This document shows positions 15,547-20,310 of a DNA stretch of 20,310 bases, piece after piece (position 1 is the first letter of the stretch; the number at the start of each line of letters is the position of its first letter). The DNA lies in the NCBI GenBank assembly GCA_037133055.1, contig JBAXOY010000051.1, forward strand, positions 1 through 20,310, in the 5' to 3' direction. The position numbers and the translations under genes are program-made. The notes beneath the pieces were generated by a model. That model made no database searches and was not told where the DNA came from. It saw nothing but the letters and a program-made list of their open reading frames with translations. The DNA comes from Chlamydiota bacterium (GTDB lineage: Bacteria; Auribacterota; Tritonobacteria; UBA1439).

Positions 15547-17148
15547 ATGGGCAACTTGGGAACAGGAGCACCGGGAACCTCTGTCACGATAAGGGATTAC
15601 TCAGGCTTCAGCCGGGAGGCGCTGAAGGGGTGGGTGATGTTTCCTGGATATTTCAAGCGGGGACCCATGGGGGCCTATCCGTGCAGCTCGTGGGGCGACG
15701 TGCTCGCACGGTACGGCGACATCATGGACGACTATGACTCCGCCTACCTAGTGAAGCGGTTGATGACGCTCTACGGTGCGCGTGCGATCGTGAACCGCCT
15801 CGCGCACTACGAGGATCCGTCGGACGTGACGAGTCTCACAGCGACCTGCGGGACGGCGACGCTCGTCGATAGGGCCGGATCTCCGCTCCCGACGCTGGGG
15901 ATCACGGTAATCGGGCCTGGGTCGCACAGCGCGAACATCAAGTGGACCGTCACGGACGGCACGATCAACCCGACGACGGAGTTCAATATCACCTTCGAAG
16001 ACGAGGATGACAGCCGTGTGGTGCCGGAGGGGTACCAGAACTGCACGATCGCGAACGTACTCGACAAAGTGAACGGCGTCTCGAAGATCGTGACGCTCGC
16101 GGACCTCGAGAGCGCAACGGTGGCCCCGGATAACCGCCCGGCAAACGGCACGGGGAACTTATCAGAGGGTGACGACGGCCTCACGAACCTCAACGCCGCT
16201 GACTGGATCGGGGACGAGGCCGCAGGGACGGGCCTCTATGCTTTCGACGACTACGACCAGTCGATGCTGCTCGTGGCGCCGGAATCGGTGCTTCTCTCCG
16301 GCGCCGGCCCCGAGACGGTCCAGGCGGCCGTACAGACCTACTGCAACACGCACCGGAAGCAGCTCGTCTTCGCGATCCATACACCTCCGGACGGCCTCAT
16401 CCCGACGGACGCTGCCGATTACCGGAACGGGAAGGGGAAGTGGGACTACACGCCGATCAACGACTGGTGCGGCGCGATGTACTGGGGGGACCTCGCGGTT
16501 CTTGATCCGAGGACCGGGAACAAGCTCGTGTACATCAATCCCGCGGCCGATGTTGCCGGGAGGATCGCCCGGGCGCATGTGGAAAAGAAGGAGTGGTTCG
16601 CGGCGGCCGGTCCGAAGTTCGGGAACCTCAAAGAGGTGCACGGCGTACGCTACAACCTCGGCCCTGTCGCAAAAGAGGGATACCGTGACATCCTCGCGGA
16701 GGCGCAGGTCAACCCCATCATCGTTGACGAGGATGGGTGCTACATCGACGGCATCCGCACGCTCCAGCGGGAGACGACGCAGCTCCAGAACTCGCCCGTC
16801 GCCTGGCTCATGATGGTGATGAAGAAGGCGCTCTATAAGTACGCGCGCAGCTACCGGTACTACAAGATCGGGCCGGCTACCTGGGCGCTCATGTATTCAG
16901 AGCTCAATCCGTGGCTCGCGCAGCTTAAGAAGGAGCTCGGCTTCGCGGAATACTACCTGCAGGTCGACCAGGACGCTCCGGACATCATGAGTGGGAAGAT
17001 CAACACGCCGGAGACGATCGAGCGCGGCATTCTCATGGGCGACATCGCCGTTAAGCCGATCCCGGACGCGCAGTGGGTCGGATTCGTCGTGGGGATCACG
17101 AAGCTCAGCATGACGTTTGAGGACTACGAGAAGATCTCCGTTCTGTAG
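15547..17148 (+). CDS. Contractile tail sheath protein
   Basis: N-terminal APGTSV...FKRGP, LSEGDDG, GLYAFD, PAADVAGRIAR...WFAAAG and QVNPII...GIRTLQ; SD GGAGG; 533 aa. Confidence 0.92.
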   Translation: MGNLGTGAPGTSVTIRDYSGFSREALKGWVMFPGYFKRGPMGAYPCSSWGDVLARYGDIMDDYDSAYLVKRLMTLYGARAIVNRLAHYEDPSDVTSLTATCGTATLVDRAGSPLPTLGITVIGPGSHSANIKWTVTDGTINPTTEFNITFEDEDDSRVVPEGYQNCTIANVLDKVNGVSKIVTLADLESATVAPDNRPANGTGNLSEGDDGLTNLNAADWIGDEAAGTGLYAFDDYDQSMLLVAPESVLLSGAGPETVQAAVQTYCNTHRKQLVFAIHTPPDGLIPTDAADYRNGKGKWDYTPINDWCGAMYWGDLAVLDPRTGNKLVYINPAADVAGRIARAHVEKKEWFAAAGPKFGNLKEVHGVRYNLGPVAKEGYRDILAEAQVNPIIVDEDGCYIDGIRTLQRETTQLQNSPVAWLMMVMKKALYKYARSYRYYKIGPATWALMYSELNPWLAQLKKELGFAEYYLQVDQDAPDIMSGKINTPETIERGILMGDIAVKPIPDAQWVGFVVGITKLSMTFEDYEKISVL

Positions 17149-17189
17149 GGGATTTGACGGACGGATCGGATAACCGGGAGGGAATCGAT

Positions 17190-17651
17190 ATGGTACTTGA
17201 AAGCTATCACGCGGGATTGCGGCAGGAGGGGATGTTCGCGATCGCATTCAACTCGATCGAGCTCGGGCTGCTGAAGACGTTCACGCTGCCCGACCTGGAG
17301 TGGGAGGTACAGAAGTTCGGGTCCGCCGGGACCTACTGGGACCACAAGGAGGCTGGGCGCCTCGTCGTCGGCACGTGGGAGGTCGAGAAGGCGGTAAAGG
17401 CCGACGAGACGGATGAATGGACGTGGAACACGTTCTTCCGCGTCCTCGGTATGCCGCCTGTGGCATACCAGAACAAGGAGTTCGTCATCTACGAGCTCAC
17501 GTCAGACCGCAAGGCGCACAAGCGGATGTGGACGCTCCATAACGCATGGGCGTCGAAGATGCCGGGCCTCAAGTTCGACGGCATGAGCTCCAACTTCGTG
17601 CTCGAGAAGCTCACCGGAGAGTGTGACTACGTCGATTTCAAGAACCTGTAG
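17190..17651 (+). CDS. Tail tube protein (T4 gp19-like)
   Basis: Follows the sheath; HKEAGRL, WTLHNAWASK and FDGMSSNFVLEKLT motifs; SD GGGAGGG favours ATG 17190. Confidence 0.85.
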   Translation: MVLESYHAGLRQEGMFAIAFNSIELGLLKTFTLPDLEWEVQKFGSAGTYWDHKEAGRLVVGTWEVEKAVKADETDEWTWNTFFRVLGMPPVAYQNKEFVIYELTSDRKAHKRMWTLHNAWASKMPGLKFDGMSSNFVLEKLTGECDYVDFKNL

Positions 17652-17668
17652 AACCCAAAACAGTATTC

Positions 17669-17704
17669 AGTCGCGCCGGTGAATCCTTTGCCGGCGCGGC
17701 TTTA
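17669..17704 (+). terminator. Long hairpin after the tube gene (weak terminator or mRNA stabiliser)
   Basis: AGTCGCGCCGGTGAA-TCC-TTTGCCGGCGCGGCT, 15 bp including G-U pairs; only a short T tail. Confidence 0.55.
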
Positions 17705-17814
17705 GCATAGATCGAAAGAAGCGGAATCATTCAACCGCAGCACGGAGGCCCCGAACCCGGCAGGGGGCAGGGCTATCCGGCTCAAAAGTCCAACCCAGTA
17801 AGGAGGATCGCATC

Positions 17815-18681
17815 ATGGAACAGGCCCCACCGGTCGCAGTCAATCATCCCGTCAAATCACCGCCCCCCCCGATTATCGAGAGCCCCGAGGCAGAGGCGCA
17901 ACCCGTCAATCGCGCGCAGAAGACGATGGAGGCGCTCATCCCCGAACCGTCCCGCCTGAGAGCTATCCCGATGAATACGCTCCAACTCCCCAGCGGCGGC
18001 GTCGCGGTCATACAACCCGCGGGGGCAGGGGCGGAGGAGATTCTCTCCAGTGTGAAGCTCCAGGAGAGCGGAGACGCATTCGACCTGTGGCTCACCGCGT
18101 GCATCATGTCTCTCAATGGAGTAAGGAACCCAGGCCCGGGCGACGGATTCACCGCTTTCCTCGGAGATACACTCAATCTCTTCCCCGGGGACCGGCGGCA
18201 GATCGCCGTGGAGATCATCGGCTTTACCTACGGCGACAGGATCGACTGCCCCGTCGACTGCCCTCATTGCGGCGAGACGAATGAGCTTGCCGTGGACGTG
18301 AAGGCGATCCTAGCGACGAGCAAGCCATACCCCGAGCAGCGGGCATTCGAGGTTGTACTCCCCTCCGGCCGGAAAGCGGTCTACGGCTACAACACCGGAG
18401 TACACCAGAAGACGCTCCGGGCAATGGGGGCCGATGGTATGTCCCTCCTCGACGGCCTCAAGATGCGCCTCCGGTCACTCGACGGACGACAGGCGACCTC
18501 GAAGTCGTGGGCCGAGCTCGACGGGCCGGACCGTGCAGCGCTCAGGGCGGCGATCCTCTCACATCCCGACTGCGGGCCGGATACTTCAGTGCGGAACGTC
18601 TGCCGGAAGTGCAAGAAGCCGTTTGTGACATCGCTGGAGATGCACTTGTCTTTTTTCTTGCCCGGGCTGCGGCTCAGTTAG
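17815..18681 (+). CDS. Tail assembly chaperone-like protein with two repeated units, each ending in CxxC
   Basis: Between tube and tape measure; SD AAGGAGG; repeated LPSG...DR...CPHCG / LPSG...DR...CRKCK units; slippery site near the 3' end. Confidence 0.7.
   Translation: MEQAPPVAVNHPVKSPPPPIIESPEAEAQPVNRAQKTMEALIPEPSRLRAIPMNTLQLPSGGVAVIQPAGAGAEEILSSVKLQESGDAFDLWLTACIMSLNGVRNPGPGDGFTAFLGDTLNLFPGDRRQIAVEIIGFTYGDRIDCPVDCPHCGETNELAVDVKAILATSKPYPEQRAFEVVLPSGRKAVYGYNTGVHQKTLRAMGADGMSLLDGLKMRLRSLDGRQATSKSWAELDGPDRAALRAAILSHPDCGPDTSVRNVCRKCKKPFVTSLEMHLSFFLPGLRLS
18651..18657 (+). other. -1 programmed ribosomal frameshift heptamer T TTT TTC
   Basis: In-frame codons TCT TTT TTC give an X XXY YYZ pattern; the -1 frame is open to TAG at 18860. 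Confidence 0.8.
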
Positions 18682-18860
18682 AGGCGGACTTCTTCTCGCT
18701 GAGTTACGGCGGCCAGATGGGGCAACAGTGGTCGGAGGTACGGCGCTGGCCGATAGATTTCCGGCGGCGCATGGTGAAACGGCTGGAGGCGCAAAAGCGG
18801 TACGAGAGCGATTACATGGACAAGCAGGTACGCGAGGCGCAGCGGAAGGGCAGAAGGTAG
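18654..18860 (+). CDS. -1 frame C-terminal extension of the tail chaperone (gpGT-like)
   Basis: FLARAAAQLEADFFSLSYGGQMGQQWSEVRRWPIDFRRRMVKRL...; part of track ORF 18507..18860; the WSEV..WP...R pattern resembles gpT-like segments. Confidence 0.7.
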   Translation, partial: FLARAAAQLEADFFSLSYGGQMGQQWSEVRRWPIDFRRRMVKRLEAQKRYESDYMDKQVREAQRKGRR

Positions 18861-18866
18861 CGGCTC

Positions 18867-20310
18867 ATGATGGACCTATCGAGCGGACTGATGGGGGCGA
18901 CAGGCCTTGGTGTGTTCATTTACATCAAGGACATGTTCTCCTCGCAGGCCGTAAAGATCGGCGCCCAGGCATCCATCCTCGAGGGACGTATGGCGAAGTC
19001 AGCCGCCGGCATCCGCGGCAGTATGACGATGATGGGCGGGGGACTCGCCGTAGCCGGCATTGGGATAGCTGCCCTGAAGCTCGGGGATATGATCGCGCGC
19101 CAGGCAGAAGGGATCGACGAGAAGGTCCGGGAACTGCGGATAAAGGGATTCCCGGCGGAAGAGGCTGCGAAGGTCAAGGCGCAGGTCCGCGGCCTTGCAT
19201 CTGAGATCGGCATCATTCCCCAGGAGGCAATGACGGCATCGGTATGGGCCGCCGAATATGGCCTGAGACGGGCAGAAGACATCACGGCTGCACTTAGGAC
19301 CACGTTCAGAGCGGCCGTGGGTACAGGGACAGAGGCCGTCGCGACGTCAGAGGGGTTGCTTAGAACGATGGCGGGGTTCGGATACGGCCCAAGCTCACTC
19401 CCCATGATAAGCGGAAAGATGCAGATAGGCGCTGACGAGATGCGAATTTCGTTCGGTGAGCTCACATCGGTATTCCCGGAAGCGATCTCGCTTTCCCGCC
19501 TCTACGGTCTATCGCTCGACGACATGCTTGTCAATCTAGTAGCCGCAAAATATGGCGGGATGGACGCTGGACGCGCACTCGCCGGGATGCGGATGAGTTT
19601 CATGATGCTCGAAGCGCCACAGGGGAAGATGGCCGAACGGCTTGCCGCGATACGAAACGGCGAGGTCATGGCCGCGATCCAGGCGGGGCACATGGGCGAC
19701 GCGCTCAGGATGCTCTCCGAGGAGATGGCCGGCCTGGGAGCATCAGAGAGAGCCGGATTCCTTAAGAGTCTTGGCGTTGGCGGCAGGCAGGCGACGGTGC
19801 TGAATGCCCTGATCGAGAACGCGCCGAAGGTCAAGGGGCTATACGCCGAGCTTGGTGGATGGGCCGAGCGCGAGCAGCGATCGTTTGAGGAGATGAACGC
19901 CAGCTATGGGCATCAGTTGGCTATACGATCGGTGCGCCTGAAGAATATCGGCATCACACTCGGAGAGGCGGTCAAAAAGTCCAACGCGCCATTCCTAGAG
20001 ACGCAGAACAAACTCCTTCTCGGTATCGACAATTTTATACGCGGAAACGAGAAAGCCGTTGTAGCGATCATGGCGCCGACGCGGACGCTCGGTAGGTTGG
20101 CCGTAGTAGCCGGCCTTTCCACGGCGGGAATCGGACTACTCCGGTTCGGCCTCATCAAGGCCGGGGTCTCTGCCGTCCAGGGCGCCGGTATGTTCTCCAC
20201 GCTTGGTATAGGGATTAAGGCCGCCCTTACGAGTATGCTCCCCGTCGCGCTTACCATCGCCGGGATCGCGCTCGCGGGCACCGTTTACTTAAAACAAAAA
20301 CACTGGGCGG
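18867..20310 (+). CDS. Tail tape measure protein (TP901-like), truncated by the window end
   Basis: Read by hand from ATG 18867: MMDLSSGLMGATGLGVFIYIKDMFSSQA...; Ala/Gly/Met-rich helical sequence; no stop seen, consistent with its absence from the ORF track; follows the chaperone genes. Confidence 0.88.
   Translation, partial: MMDLSSGLMGATGLGVFIYIKDMFSSQAVKIGAQASILEGRMAKSAAGIRGSMTMMGGGLAVAGIGIAALKLGDMIARQAEGIDEKVRELRIKGFPAEEAAKVKAQVRGLASEIGIIPQEAMTASVWAAEYGLRRAEDITAALRTTFRAAVGTGTEAVATSEGLLRTMAGFGYGPSSLPMISGKMQIGADEMRISFGELTSVFPEAISLSRLYGLSLDDMLVNLVAAKYGGMDAGRALAGMRMSFMMLEAPQGKMAERLAAIRNGEVMAAIQAGHMGDALRMLSEEMAGLGASERAGFLKSLGVGGRQATVLNALIENAPKVKGLYAELGGWAEREQRSFEEMNASYGHQLAIRSVRLKNIGITLGEAVKKSNAPFLETQNKLLLGIDNFIRGNEKAVVAIMAPTRTLGRLAVVAGLSTAGIGLLRFGLIKAGVSAVQGAGMFSTLGIGIKAALTSMLPVALTIAGIALAGTVYLKQKHWA

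Larger units (their letters stand above)
21..20310 (+). mobile_element. Myovirus-type phage/prophage packaging, head and tail module
   Basis: Canonical order TerS-TerL-portal-gpF-protease-MCP-neck-sheath-tube-chaperone-tape measure. No integrase, att site or host gene in view, so free phage versus prophage cannot be decided. Confidence 0.93.

Noticed and set aside
18858..18869. TAG read-through fusing the chaperone extension to the in-frame tape measure gene, or TAG recoding generally
   Set aside because: TAG ends many genes at expected lengths (sheath, tube, protease, gpF) and long genes are uninterrupted; in-frame adjacency has a one-in-three chance.
220..20281. Numerous minus-strand and alternate-frame ORFs in the track
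   Set aside because: They overlap well-supported + strand genes, lack motifs, and are expected shadows in GC-rich coding DNA.
15547..20310. Tailocin or extracellular contractile injection system
   Set aside because: Terminase, portal, protease and capsid genes are present, so this is a head-bearing particle. A PBSX/GTA-like element cannot be excluded from this window.

Overview
This window is a continuous + strand block of a tailed phage or prophage with a contractile (myovirus-type) tail. Gene order: two paralogous ParB-like proteins (the first fused to a phosphoribosyltransferase domain), radical SAM enzyme, small and large terminase, portal, gpF/gp7-like head morphogenesis protein, small ORFs, Com-like zinc finger, a 365-bp regulatory intergenic region, XkdF-like prohead protease/scaffold, major capsid protein, head-tail joining genes, tail sheath, tail tube, tail assembly chaperone with a -1 slippery site, and the start of the tape measure gene (open at the window end). 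Most unusual: (1) the Com-like gene is followed directly by a perfect sigma70 promoter and a structured leader with repeated GAG-NN-CC boxes and two tandem terminators, suggesting a zinc-finger/RNA late-gene switch; (2) the ParB-PRTase / ParB / radical SAM cluster next to the terminase is a candidate DNA-modification system; (3) two paralogous signal-peptide Pro/Thr-repeat proteins bracket the protease-capsid genes; (4) the large terminase nuclease domain appears to have lost catalytic aspartates. All assignments come from motif recognition and gene order by eye; no searches or folding programs were run.
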